Shown: positions 14,201 through 26,442 of the stretch, one piece after another
Position numbering within the stretch: position 1 is the first letter of the stretch
Layout of the letters: each line of letters begins with the position of its first letter
Source of the DNA: Saprolegnia diclina VS20
Lineage: Eukaryota
NCBI RefSeq assembly: GCF_000281045.1
Contig: NW_008246110.1
Span: 377,444-441,125, forward strand
Reading direction: 5' to 3'
DNA: 63,682 bases
Made by a program: the position numbers and the translations under genes
Notes under the pieces: generated by a model
Seen by the model: only the letters and a program-made list of their open reading frames with translations
Told to the model about the DNA's origin: nothing
The model's database searches: none

Positions 14201-17200
14201 GTGTGGATACCGGCGACAAACGTGCACGTGGCAAAGCACGACCGCCAGTACTCGGACTCGCCCGTGACTGTGACTGCATTCCCGAGGTGGCCCAAGCTCA
14301 TCGAGTGCGCCTTGCGCTTGCCGTTGAACTTGAGGCCAAGGACACCGTCCATCGGGACGATCGGCGGCAGCGTGTCCATCGGGTTGTCTTCTTCGACAAG
14401 GAACGTCGGGACGCCGTAAGCGGCGCCCGTCAAGTTTTGCGAATTCGGAAATCCCGACGATCCCGACGCGTAGCAGTCGCGCAGAATCTTGATGAAGCTG
14501 CCGTCGTACTCTTCGTCCGGGAGGTTCTCCTTCTTGTACCAAGGGTCGCCGCCGTTGGCAAACTCTTGCGTCGTGAGCCGGTACAGCTTGCCTTGACAGA
14601 GCCGGACGCTCGACGGCAACGGCTCGTACACATACCCGAGGCCATCGCGCTTGGCGACGGGGCCGACGCTGATCGACGCCAAGAGCGCTTGGCTGGCTTC
14701 GTCCCAGAGCCGAATCGTGTGCGCGTGGAGGAGGACGCCGCCGTTCCGCGCGGGGTTGACCGACCGACCGAGCGCCACGATGGTGAAGGACGCGACAGCC
14801 TCAAACTGAAACCCAATTTGGCCTTCGAAGTGGTCCTTCTCGCCCGTGTAGAGTTTCGAGAAGACGTTGTAGAGCTGCTTTTGGACGCGGCGCGGCGACG
14901 CATCGACTTGCCACTTGCCGACGTCGTCGACGCGCGCCGCATACGCGTGCAAGCGCTTATCAAGCGCGAGAAACCGCTTCTCGGCCTTGCACAGCACGTC
15001 GCTTTGGCCAGCGACAACGTCGAGGACGCGCAAAAGCCGCGTGAGCTTGGGCAGCATCGGTCGTGCAAGCCACACTTGGCGCCGGAGGAGGCAGAGACCG
15101 CTGACAAACCACGGCAAGAGCTCGCCGACCATCGACTGCGTCAGCGCTGGCTCTTGGGCTTCGAGGCGTTCGCGGCACGAGCTTAGAAAGAGGTTGCTGT
15201 ACTGCAGCACGGCATCTTGAACGACGACGCGGTCGTGCGCGCGGCGCGGCCTCTCGTCGTCGTCGCTGCTCTTGGTGAGCTCAATGGCTTGCGAGAGGAT
15301 GTAGAGCTGAAACATCTTGAGGCATTCGATCGCAGGCGTCGCCAACGCACCGTCGCACGCCATGAGATGCGATAGAATCTCCTGCACATGCGCGTTGTGC
15401 GTGCGGTCGGGCAGCACCGGGCAGAGCGTAAGGACGCCCATGGGCCCTGGACTCGCCATGCGCTGGAGGAGCTTGGTGAGCATGAGGAACCGCGCACTGG
15501 ACGGCGAAAACGTCACTTGCGCGTGCGACCGAAGCAGCGTCAAGAGCAAGCTCGTCCGGTCCCACGGCGACGGGTACAAAAGCGAGAGACCCGACATGAG
15601 CGTCTGGGCGGCAGTCACTTGGAGCTTCTGGTGCCGCGGCTGGGACGGCCACGCCTTGGACTTGAGCGCGGGCGACAGCGGGTTGCTCAAATGCACGCTG
15701 GCGACACTCTCGAGTGTCGTGCGGATCGACGTCAAGAGCGACGGCGCAATCGCATCCGATGGCAGTGCGTACGTCTCCATATTCGCGAGCTGAGCGCCAA
15801 TAAGCTCAATGTAGAGCCACGCGCGGTGGCTCGCCAAAGCTAACGGCCGGTCGCACAGCGTTGGCAGCGCCGACAACGTCCTGGTGAGTTGCGCCAAGAG
15901 CACGTCCAGCGTCGTCGCATGGGGCTGGAGACAGTACGCTTCTTCGAACTGCACGTGGTAGCTCGGCGTACACGTTAGCGTCTGGCTCAGCCCATGCAGC
16001 TTGCTCAGGATCGCAGTCGCAATCTCGTCGACGCCATATACGCCGGCGGCTTTGAGCGCGTCACGCGTTGTCACCAGCGTCAACACGTCATCGTCATCTT
16101 TGTCCGACGCTGGCGCATGTGACGACGATGACGGCGAGGATGCGTCGGCGCGCGTCCCGACGCGGCAGATGGCGCACCGCCCTTGTCCGCCCTTGTTGTT
16201 AAACTCGCAGTGGTGGCACACCCAGTCGTCGACCGTCATCACGAACGGGTCGACCCAGATCGCATGAGCTCCGTGGTTGGAGCCGCTGCAGCTGATGCGC
16301 AGCTCGAGCATGCGCACGAACCGAATGTCGACGTGGAAGGGCTCGAGTGACGACGGCGACGTCACGGGCCGTGACTTCCAGAGCACTTTGGTGTCGCCGA
16401 CAATCGAAAACACGACGGAAATCCCTCGCTGTGCCAGCACGTCGGCGCCGACGTCGTCGTTGATGCTCACCGCGCCTTCGATGCTCGCGTAGCCGCCTTG
16501 GAGGTCGTACGTCGCAAACGCCTCGCCGCGCGCCGGCGGGTGCAGCGAGAGCGACCGTTGCCGGTGCTCGCCGCCTACGCTGATCGTGGTCGGCGCTTGG
16601 CCGCCCTCAGTCGCGCTCTCGCCAGGATACCCAAGCGCATTGCCCCGGCCAAACCGCCCGTGGCCGACGCTAAACTCGTATTCGCTCAACGTCGAGAGGT
16701 ACACGGGGTCGGCGCCGGCACTCTTGGTCGCGCGCGTCGTCTCGCCCCACTTGTGCAAGCTCAAAAGCGAAATGACCTTGCCCGAGCCGTAGAAACTCAC
16801 GGCCGGGTACACCTCGTGGCCGCTCAGATCGGTAAAGACGACGCCAAAGTCGGTGCCGTTGATGCTGTACGCCATCGTGCCCGCCGTCATGTCGACGTCG
16901 ATCTGGACCGTGTCGCCCGGGTGCACCTTGCCGATCGACCGACTCAGCTTGTGCCCACGCGCATACAAATTGCCGTTGTAGCCGCGGAGCATCCAGAGGC
17001 TCGGCGACGAGTCGTAGCCGCTCACGGTCACGGGCAAGATCGCCGCGCCAAAGCACGTCATCTCGTCGTCGGCAGTGTCGTTGTCCAACCGAAACTTCCA
17101 ACTCGCTTTGCCCGAAGCGATCGGCGCGTTCACGAGCGCGTGCTGGTAGCTTGTCTCACGCGTGCGCACCGACTGCCCGCCGTCCTCGACCGACGTGCCC

Positions 17201-18720
17201 GCCGAGCAGAGCGTCGCTTCAAACCCGGCGCGGACCTTCCGGGACTCGTGCGACGGCGTAGCTTGCGAGACGCGGACGCGCTCGGTTTCGTGGTGCAGTG
17301 CCAGCTGCTCGTAGAACGCGCAGCCTTGCGCGAGGAGGTAGCTCTCCAAATGGGCATGGGCCGTGCGAAGCAGCGTCAAGAGCATCTCGACGTACCGGAC
17401 GCTGGCCGTGAGCGATCCGGTCGCTAATGCCCACGCGTGGAGACCGCCAAACGCTTCAATGACCACGTCCGACGTACTCGGCTCCACGCGAGAGGCCTCG
17501 ACAAGCCAGCGCTCGAGGTCGTGCATGATGATTTGCGGCGACGCAATGTCATCTCTTGGCCGCAGCAAGCGCACGTACGAGAGGCCGTACGTACCCTCCT
17601 TGTTGGTCGTCGGGACGCCCGAGAAGACGAGGCGAATGGCTGTGCACTGAAGCAGCGGCGGAAACAGCAAGGTCGTTGGCAGCGGCGAGCCCGGCTTGTG
17701 CGTCCACTCGGCGACGGTAGCAAAGGCCGGCGCCGCGGTCGTCGCGCTCTGCAGCGCAAACGTACTGGGCTGGCTACTGCCGTGCCACGTCACCAGTATC
17801 GACGAGATGGTCGTCGGCTGCGAGAGCGAGATCGTGAGCAGCACCGTGCCCGAGCGCGGCGGCGTGAGCCAATACGCAGCGTCGCTTGGATCCAACAGCA
17901 GGGACGGCGGGTGCAGCGCCGATGACGACGACGCGTCGACGCAGTCTTTCGTCAGCGCCACGTCTTCCTCCGGTGGCTTTTCTTCGGGGCTCCAGTACGA
18001 AAAGAGCGAGAGCGGCGGGAAGTTGCGCAGAAGGCGCACCATCTCGACGAACGGGCCGAGCGCATTCTCGTGGCGATAGTCGAACGACCCGAGGAGCGTC
18101 GAGAGCGCGCGGATGGCCACGTGGTGCAGCTCGACGTGCGGCGAGGCCTCGGCGCGCGCGCGCTCGCGTCGCTGGACGCGGTCCGACTGCATCATGTTGG
18201 CAACGATGGATGCGCTGTGAAACATGACAGCAAACCGACGCTCGAGCACGTACGTAAAGAAGGATGTCGGTAGCGCGTCGAGGAGGAGGCCTTCGAGCGT
18301 GCGCACGAGACACTTGTCGTCGTCGAGGCGGCCGGCGCTCGTCCGGTGCGCGTGGTCCATGACGCTCTGGCGGCACTTGGCGCGCCGTGCCGGGTTCATG
18401 CGGTGCTCGGTCGGGAGGTCGCCAAAGTAGTTGTCGCCGCAAATGAGGCCGCGTACAAACGTGTCTTGGAGCAAGTTGCGCTGGAGGTCCTTGAGGTACA
18501 GCTCGCTCTTCAAGTACTCGTCCCAGCTGCCCATATTGGAGTACTGCAGCGGCGCAAAGCACACGGCGCACGCGCGCGACTTGCCCGAGTGCAGCATCGC
18601 CGGCTTGGGCATCCAGCCCTGGTCCTGCTCGGGCAGCTCGAACTCGCGCACGCTGATCTGCGGGTCGGCAGGCGACGGCGGCGCTGGCGTTGGCACCGAG
18701 ACAACGGGCGCGGCTTGCAT
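5212..18720 (-). CDS. Giant HECT-domain E3 ubiquitin ligase (~4,400 aa): discoidin/DOC-like, SPRY, NPCBM, RanBP2-ZnF, DUF4082-like, SPRY, LamG, 2xUBA, HECT
   Basis: Long ORFs 13120-18900 and 6657-12863 join via introns 13120-13163 and about 13011-13062; four more short introns lie at about 6000-6820. HECT motifs GEEGVDWGGVYRE, FVRFAWGRSRLP and catalytic LPVAHTCFFSVELPPY. UBA LAAMGFEMELCLAALEHARDDPNAAVEWL. SPRY DGTMAYSING-like segment plus YPAVSF. ZnF WVCHHCEFNN...CAIC. Confidence 0.92.
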
Positions 18721-19234
18721 CAGGTCCAACGTGGGGCGCGCAAGATATCGAAAAGTACAGCCTTCGATCTTTTCCGGGCGTTGACGCCAACGATTGGTCA
18801 ATACTCGGACGAAGACCGCCCGTGATTGGTGGATTTCTTTTCTTCGAACCAGACGCGAGGGGGATGTGCGCTCAGAATCGCCGATCCGACCACGCAGCAA
18901 CCAGCACCCTCGACTGGTTGCGCTCCAACACCAGATCTAGTCGTCCGCACCAGAACTAGAATTCGAGAAACATGCACACGACAACAGCTCTATGGATTGC
19001 AGTCCGGTCATGTGGCACTTGCAGTCGCATTTAGCTCCGAGCCCGGACGCCGTGCCACGTCATATGCACTGCCAGGTGACACTTGCACATCATTGTCAGC
19101 TGCGTGAGGTAGCGAGCAAGAGAAACGCCAGGACTCTACCCATGCGGGCGGCGCCTCCAGGCCATCGCCGTCGATCCCCAACCGTCGAGCCGCAACGCTC
19201 CTACTCGTTCGTGATGGCTTGGCTAGCTTTAGAG

Positions 19235-20509
19235 TTACGTTGATTTCTTCTTGATGTGCTTGGTGCGCTTGCGGCAAGCGCTTGCTGGTGCGTCGATCGA
19301 CGTCTCTGGCGCTGCGTCGCACCGGCGCAAAATGCAGACGTAGGCGAGACCGTACAGAACGCCGGTCCCAACCAGAATCGCGACAATGTAGCGGAGGCCC
19401 AGGCGTACCATCTGCGACAGCCAGGGCATCGTGAGGTGCTTGCAGTGCGGAAAGAGCGCGACCAGATCGGGCACGAGCTCGACAATCGGTGTCGCTTGGT
19501 CGCGGGGCAGGGCCGCCAGCACGTCGCAGCTGTCGTCCGTGTACGCGAGCGACGTCAAGAGCTCCGCCGCCTTGACATACGACGCGGTGAAGTCCTCAAA
19601 CCAGAAGAGGGACCGGCGGTAGCAGTTCATGGCGGTCGTGCTGTCGCCACGCGCGAGAGCGAGGCCACTATCGCAGGCTGTCGGCTGAGCCACCGAATGC
19701 TACAGAGAGGAAGCGTACCCGAGGTCGGCCCACGCGGTCGCAAAGATCTGCCGCTGCTCGAGGTTGATGTCCTCGACCGTGTAAATCTTTGGCATGTCGA
19801 AGTGCTCCTGGGCGCTCACTTCAATGTTGTGTTCGGCGATGACGAGGCTCCGAGCCATGGACGCAAACATGGCGTCGACTTCGCTCGGCGTGTGCTCCTG
19901 CTGCGCACCGTCTTGGAGCGTGTAGGGCGCACGGGCGTAGCGCGTACGCTGGGTGATGCCCCAAACGCCATCGAGGCGGCCCTTGAACTGGAAGAGCGGA
20001 TGCAAGTACGCCCACTCGAGGTCCGAGACGGCCATGAGCGCGAGCTTGGTTGCCAAGTCGACCGTCACAGGCTCGGACGGCTCAACAACGGCGGGCGGCT
20101 CGTCCTCGGGCGGTGTCTCGGGGCGGTACGCGTCGAGCTCCTCATAGGCAAGCGGAAACACCAGCGTCATGTCTTCGTCATCCGGGTCGTGGCGCGGCAC
20201 GGCGGCCTCGAGGTACCTGCAAGGCGGCGCCCACTGGCTCACGTTGCGCGCCTTGCAAAAAAAGAAGACATCCTTCTCTTGCACGATGGTCTCCCAGTAC
20301 TCGAGCGCGCCGAGGTCGCCGGTCGCGCAGTAGGCGCCCGTCGGTGTATCGGCCTCGCGCTCACTTCCCTCGGCGAAGACGACGCCAAACGGGTTGACGT
20401 TGCGCAAAACAAGCTCTTCCTGCAGCTGGCGCGCATTGAGCTTCGTGCGCTTCATGTGGCGGGACGCGCTGACGGCCATGGCGCCGACCACCGCTGCTGT
20501 CGGGCGCAT
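19235..20509 (-). CDS. TPR-motif protein with a C-terminal transmembrane helix
   Basis: ORFs 19700-20509 and 19235-19693 join through a GTACGC...GATAG intron (about 19668-19718), giving TPR-like AWADLGGLALARGDSTTAMNCYRRSL. C-terminal hydrophobic YIVAILVGTGVLYGLAYVCIL is followed by a basic tail. Confidence 0.65.
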
Positions 20510-20560
20510 CGATCTTTCTCAACTCTGCCCGAAAATGGAAGATCGTACTTTCTACGCCCA

Positions 20561-20586
20561 AACTTCGAACTTCAAACTTCGAACTT
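20561..20586. repeat. 7-bp tandem repeat (AACTTCG/A, about 3.7 copies) in the TPR/SUV3 divergent promoter
   Basis: aacttcg aacttca aacttcg aactt. Confidence 0.7.
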
Positions 20587-20744
20587 AGCATCGTCGAAAC
20601 TCAACGCACAGGCAATTGAGTTGAGTGGCCTCGTATATCCGGATGCTCTCTCCCAATCACCGAGGAGATGCGTCGTTGCATCCGGATACGGGATTCACGA
20701 GCGCTCGCGATGCCAATTGTTGGTTGCGCAGCAGAAGCGACGCC

Positions 20745-23138
20745 ATGTTCCGCCACACGCTCCGCGTCGCCCGCCGGTCGCTGACGCATGCGGCGCCGCT
20801 GCTCGCCATGCAACGCTCCGCGCTGCCAGCTGTCCATGGCCTTCCGCATGCAGCGCTGCGATCGCGCTCGGTCCTGCCAGCGTGGACGCATGCGTTCTCG
20901 ACGTCGGCCACGCCGAGTAGGCTCGCTTCGACGCTTCGAACGATCTCTTATACGCCTTGTGGCTGCTAGGCCTTGAGGCGTGGGAGTCTTCGGACCGCAA
21001 GTACCTCGAGCGCCGCCTCAAGAGCTTTGGGCGCAGCTTCGAAGTCAAGTCGATGGCACTCTCTGCGGGGTTGAGCCCGGCCGAGTGGGCGCCGGCGACC
21101 GCGCAGTTTCGCCGCTCGTTGCTGAGCAACCCGTCGACGCACTTTCACTCGAACGAAGAGATGCTTGCGTTCCTCTCGGTACGCCACTCTACGTCTTGTC
21201 GGTCGGTGCAAAGTCGCAATGTAGGACATTCGCGACAAGAGCAACACGGGGCCGCTCCACTTTTACCCGCTCTTCCTTACGTTTGCGCGCATGAACGGCT
21301 TTGTGAACGAGCTCAGCACCGAGAGCATTGCGTCGCTGCAGGAGCTCACGGATCTCCGGCTGCCGCACACGTGGTTCCCAAAAGCGCGATCGCTCCAGCG
21401 CAAGATCATCTACCACGGCGGCCCGACCAACAGCGGCAAGACGTACGAAGCTCTCCAGCGGCTCAAGATGGCCGAGGACGGCGGCGGTCTCTACTGCGGC
21501 CCGCTGCGCCTTCTCGCGCTCGAGATTTACGAGACGCTTAACATGGCCGGCGTCTACACGTCGCTCGTGACGGGCGAAGAGAAGCGCGAAGTGCCCATGG
21601 CGACGCACGTGGCGTGTACCGTCGAGATGTGCAGCGCCGGCCAGACGTACGACGTGGCCGTCATTGACGAGATTCAAATGATTGGCGACCCAGAGCGCGG
21701 CTGGGCGTGGACCCGGTACGCACTTCGATCCTCGCTGTGGCGGCTTTTACTAATGTGAAAAATGCTGCTATTAGCGCGCTCTCGTGCCTGCAAGCCAAGG
21801 AGATTCACGTGTGCGGCTCCATGGAAGCGGTCGACCTCGTGCGCAAGTTTGCTCAAACGACCGGCGACGACTTTGAGCTCAAGACGTACGAGCGCCGGAG
21901 CCCGCTCTCGATCGAAAAGTCGGCGCTCGGTTCGTACGCCAAGATCCGCAAGGGCGACTGCGTCGTCGGCTTCTCGCGCCGCCGCGTGTTCCAGATCAAA
22001 CACGAGATCGAAAAGGCCACGGGGCTCCGCTGCTGTATCATCTACGGCCAGCTGCCGCCCGAGACACGGTCGCAGCAAGCGCGCTTGTTCAACGAACCCG
22101 ACAACGGTACGCGGCCCTTGATACCAACTTGATACAAAACATAGATCCTCCCACTAGGCTACGACGTGCTCGTGGCGTCGGATGCGATCGGGATGGGGCT
22201 CAACCTCAACATCCGCCGCATTGTGTTTGACAGTGTCCTCAAGTTTGACGGCGCCGACATGGTCGATATTAGCTCGTCCTTGGTACACTGCGCCGTCCAT
22301 CTCGCACGATTGCAATAGTCTCACATGAGAACTGGATAGACCAAGCAAATTGCCGGCCGCGCCGGACGCTCGGGCAGTGACTACAGCCACGGCCTCGCCA
22401 CGACGCTCGCGCCCAACGACCTTTCGTTCGTCCAGGGCGCGTACCATGAAGCGCCATCGGCGCTCACGGCTGCAGGACTCTTTCCGACGTCCGAGCAAAT
22501 GGTCGAGTTTGCCAAGCAGATGCCCGAGACGACCGATCTCGGCCAGCTCCTCGTATGTGATGCCTCGAGTCAAGAAGGCTCATGTGTATGGTAGGACAAG
22601 TATGTGTCGCTCGCGCGCCTCGACGGTGCCTACTTTATGTGCAAGTTTGCCGACATCAAGCAGGCGGCGGCGCTCCTCGTCGACTTGAAGATGGACTTGC
22701 AGGAGCGGTTTACGTTTTGCATGGCGCCCGTGAACCTCCGCAACCCGCTCTCGCGCAAGATCTTTACCGACTATGTCATGGCGCACAGCGAAGGCCGCGA
22801 AGTGCCCCTCGATATCTTCCTCCCGCGGGTATCCTTTGTGTTGTTGGATTTTGAAAAGTGAATTCCTCCTCGTGTAGTTTGCGCCCAAGAACGAACTCGC
22901 GCTCCGGGATGTCGAGATCAAGGCCAAGATCATTGACGTGTACCTCTGGCTCTCGTACCGGTTCCCCGAGACGTTCACGATGCAGTTGCAGGCGATTGAG
23001 CTCAAGACCAAGGTCCTCGAGCTCGTCGAGCAAGGCCTTGTGAACGTGACGTACAGCAAGGAAAAAGAGTCGGCGGCCAAGACCAAACGTGGCGCGTGGA
23101 ACGATGACCGCACCAAGTTTATTCGTTTTGCCAACTAA
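20745..23138 (+). CDS. SUV3: Mitochondrial ATP-dependent RNA helicase SUV3
   Basis: Arg-rich mitochondrial presequence [13 protein letters not shown]. Motifs [92 protein letters not shown]. Multiple short introns. Confidence 0.96.
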
Positions 23139-23672
23139 TAACGTCTGTGAACTACTTCGCTCCATAGTTGCAGAGGGGTAGGGTTCAAAGGACGACTCGA
23201 GTTGTTTTCATATTTGTTGATGATCGAGTGGTGGCGTCGATCGCCTGCTCATGGCCTAACGCGAGGTCACCACTCCACGCAGACACCGTCACATGGGGTG
23301 GGCCACTGCGTCCTTCATCGATCGCTTGGCTCGTTGCGGCTCGAAGCACAGTCGGCGCATTGGAGTCGTCTCTGTCGGGCGGTGTCGAGGAAGGGCTCCT
23401 AAGCCTCACACAAGACATCGGGCGACGTCGCCTGGCGAGCTGCCAGTCGAATTCAAGCCGGCCCGACGATGAAGAACAGCAACGTCATCGTCACTGCGTG
23501 TGCTTTGCCGCCGTGTACGACCAAGATTTCTGGTATTGCCGACGTCCCGTATCAGATCCCAGAGCCGAGACCGGTCGTTGGTGCGAGTCGACATAGTACC
23601 TCAGTGGCTCATACACGAAACTTGGCGTGTATTAGGCAGAGGCTACTAGGCTCGCCATTATGTCTCTATCGC

Positions 23673-25299
23673 CTAGTTGTCGTTGCTAACGCACGGGAAC
23701 TGGTCGGCCGCAATGTTCCGCCACGTCTTGGACGACGCCACCTCGGCCGCCGTCATGCTCGAGTGCAAGTGCGCACGGGCAAACGCGCGGAGATCGCGCA
23801 TCGCCGCCGCAAAGAACTTGGTGTCGTCGTGGTACGCCTGCTCGGCGCCACGCGCGAGCGCCTTGCGGTCGGCCTCGGGCAAACTCAGTACGTAGTCGAC
23901 CGCGTCACAGAGCGCTTCCTTGGTGTGGTCGGCCTTGAGCCCCGTCACGTCGCGGAGGCCGTGCTCGCCGTCAAACTCGCCGCCCAGAATCTGATGCGGG
24001 TGGAAGCGAGCGGTCGTCTCGACGTACACGCCACTGACCGGCGGCACGATGAGCTCGTTCATCGGCGGGCCGTTCGTTGTGATGATGACGCCGCCGGCCG
24101 CGCGCGCCTGGTTGATGTAGTGGCCATACCCCTCCCACGTACTCGCGCAGAGGAAGAAGCCGGCCTCGGCCATCAGCTTCCCGAACGACACCTCGTCGAG
24201 GCCCGTGTGGTGAAAGTTCATGTTGGAAGCCGCTGCAATTTGCGCCCCAAACTTGTCGCCAAACCCGAGGTTGTACAGCCCCGGGCTCATAAAGAGGTCG
24301 AGCGGCGGCAAGTCGGGCCGCGACAGCCAGCACTCGATGACCTGGTCCGTGCCCTTGCTCACGCTGCCGCCCGCCGTGTGTGTGAATCGAATGTTCTTGC
24401 TATAGTCCTTGGGCTTGACGCCGCCAGGGCCGAGCTTGCGCGACGTATGGCCCGCAATGTCGGCGGTCGTGTGCCGCGTGTAGAAGACGGCGGTGCCACG
24501 CGGATTGCCTTCCTGCTCGAGCCACTTGGTGACGCGGTGGTGGCAGTCGCGCGACTTGCAAATGATCACGTCCGCGCTCCAGTAGTCGGGCGCCTTGAGC
24601 TGGCCCATCTCAATGTTGGGCATCAAGTACATGGGCTTGTGCTTGGGCCACGGCTGAGACGGCCAGTAGTGGTTGAAGAAGATGATCGGCGTCCGCGGGC
24701 ACAGGTCGTGGTACGTCACCTTACGGTTGCGCTGCGCGTCAAAGTACTCGTCGTCCAACACCCATTGCGGCAGGAGGCGCGAGTGGCCATCTACACATGC
24801 GACATCAACATCAGTATGGGATGGCAAGGGAGGAGAGGCCATTACACTTGGTGTATGCGCCGCCGTCTTCGCAGTAGCCCGCGCCACGAAGGCCGTTGGG
24901 CAAAAAGATGTCAATATCCGGGCAGCGGCGGAGCTCGTCGAGCACGCGCGGATCGTCGCGCTTGAGCCGCGTCGGGTACGGCCCCTTGACGGGCGACCCG
25001 TAGTACCACGTGATGATGTCGTCCGACTCTTCCATGCACGCCGAGTGGAGGAGGCTCAAGTGCTCGAGGTCTTCCGTAGGCACGCGCTGGCCAATGGGCC
25101 CGTCAAACCAGCACTGCGACGCAGTTGTCGTGGCCGCGAGCGCGACGGAGGGCGCATCACCGGCCTGCTGCTTGAGGCGCGGGCTAGCGCTGCCAGCGTA
25201 GCCAAAGTAGTACAAGTTGAGGAGGAAGACGAGGAGGATGCATGCAGAGTAGACGATGGGCGTCCGCGACGCCGGCTGATGCTTGCGGCCCGTGCCCAT
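23673..25299 (-). CDS. Type II membrane glycosyltransferase (GT-B fold, GT4-like)
   Basis: N-terminal TM (IVYSACILLVFLLNLYYF); intron about 24791-24843. Motifs HTAGGSVSKGT and FLCASTWEGYGHYINQARAAGGVIITTNGPPMNEL (the E-G-F-G...E-A-type GT-B nucleotide-sugar motif). Confidence 0.85.
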
Positions 25300-26442
25300 G
25301 ATGGTCGGCTACGCGTGTGGCAGACAGAGTCGATGTGCTTTCGGATTTCGAAACCATGGCCGTCTGCCATCGAAGCGCAATTAAAATTCTGGATTCCACG
25401 TGCATCAAGAATAATATTACCTTGGGTTGTATGGATGAGGAAATCGAATAGACATTAAAATGGCCGTATTACAATACAATCAAAGCCAAAATGGACGTGT
25501 CGGCCTTGCCAGAAAAATGGCAATCTGGTGACACACGTGGCGTCTTACCAGATTGTGGCGCGCAGCAAATTCACAGCATTTTGCCTGCTTTCCGGTGATA
25601 AACTGGCGGCAAGTCGCAAGTTTGAGGGACGCAGCTCCCCTTGCTACATTGTGGTTTTGCCTCAGGGTCGAGCAGCGGTGCCAGAATGTGAACTAGTGTT
25701 TGGGAACGACGCCATCCTCTACACGCTGGGTGCTGTGGAGACGTAGTAGCACTGGCGCGCTACTATCGCCCAGCTGACTGGTATGCTCAATCACTGACTG
25801 AGCTTAGCGTTCGAATGTCGACAGAGCTCGTCGACAGCAATCACCCAGGGAACCACCCTTCTTCTGTTGCTTGCTCGATGTGGCGGGAACATTGCATCGT
25901 GTGCTCGGGGCTGCTGGCAGGTGCACAGGGTGACGAGCTCACGACGGCACTGTAGGGATCCCGCCTCGATCGCTATCTTCACGATGACTCAAGACTGCAT
26001 CATGAGTGTCTAGGTGTAGGCGTGACCAAAGCGACGTCATTTGAGCTGCCATCAAGCTCATCACTCGTCGTAGTAAGACGTCATAGCAGCAGTAACCAGT
26101 TGCTTGCTATTGCTGCGGTGGCACTCGCCCACTGCAGCCAACTTCATCAGCACCGCGTGCCCCGTCTGGTCGAGACGTGGGCCAGATTCAGATTCTGGTA
26201 AGCTTACTGTGTCAATGAAGCCCCAACAAAATGCAGCGCTTTTCAACCAATCGGAGGTCGCAACGGCCCCACATCCAATGCAACACAATTACCATTGGAT
26301 GTATAAAACAGCAGGCGCAATGCATAATAGTATCGAGTGACATGACCTGTGATGGATACAGATTGTCCTGTTTAAAACAGTTATAGAGGGTTGTAAACAC
26401 GGAATCTCCAATTGGGTGTTCAATCTTCTTTGCGACGACGAC

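Noticed and set aside
19694..19702. Apparent in-frame stop between ORFs 19700-20509 and 19235-19693 (possible readthrough)
   Set aside because: The stop lies inside a plausible GT-AG intron whose removal restores a TPR motif.
25460..26400. Lower-GC intergenic stretch with faint ankyrin-like fragments (AIEAGSLQC)
   Set aside because: Too short and interrupted to support a pseudogene or transposon call.
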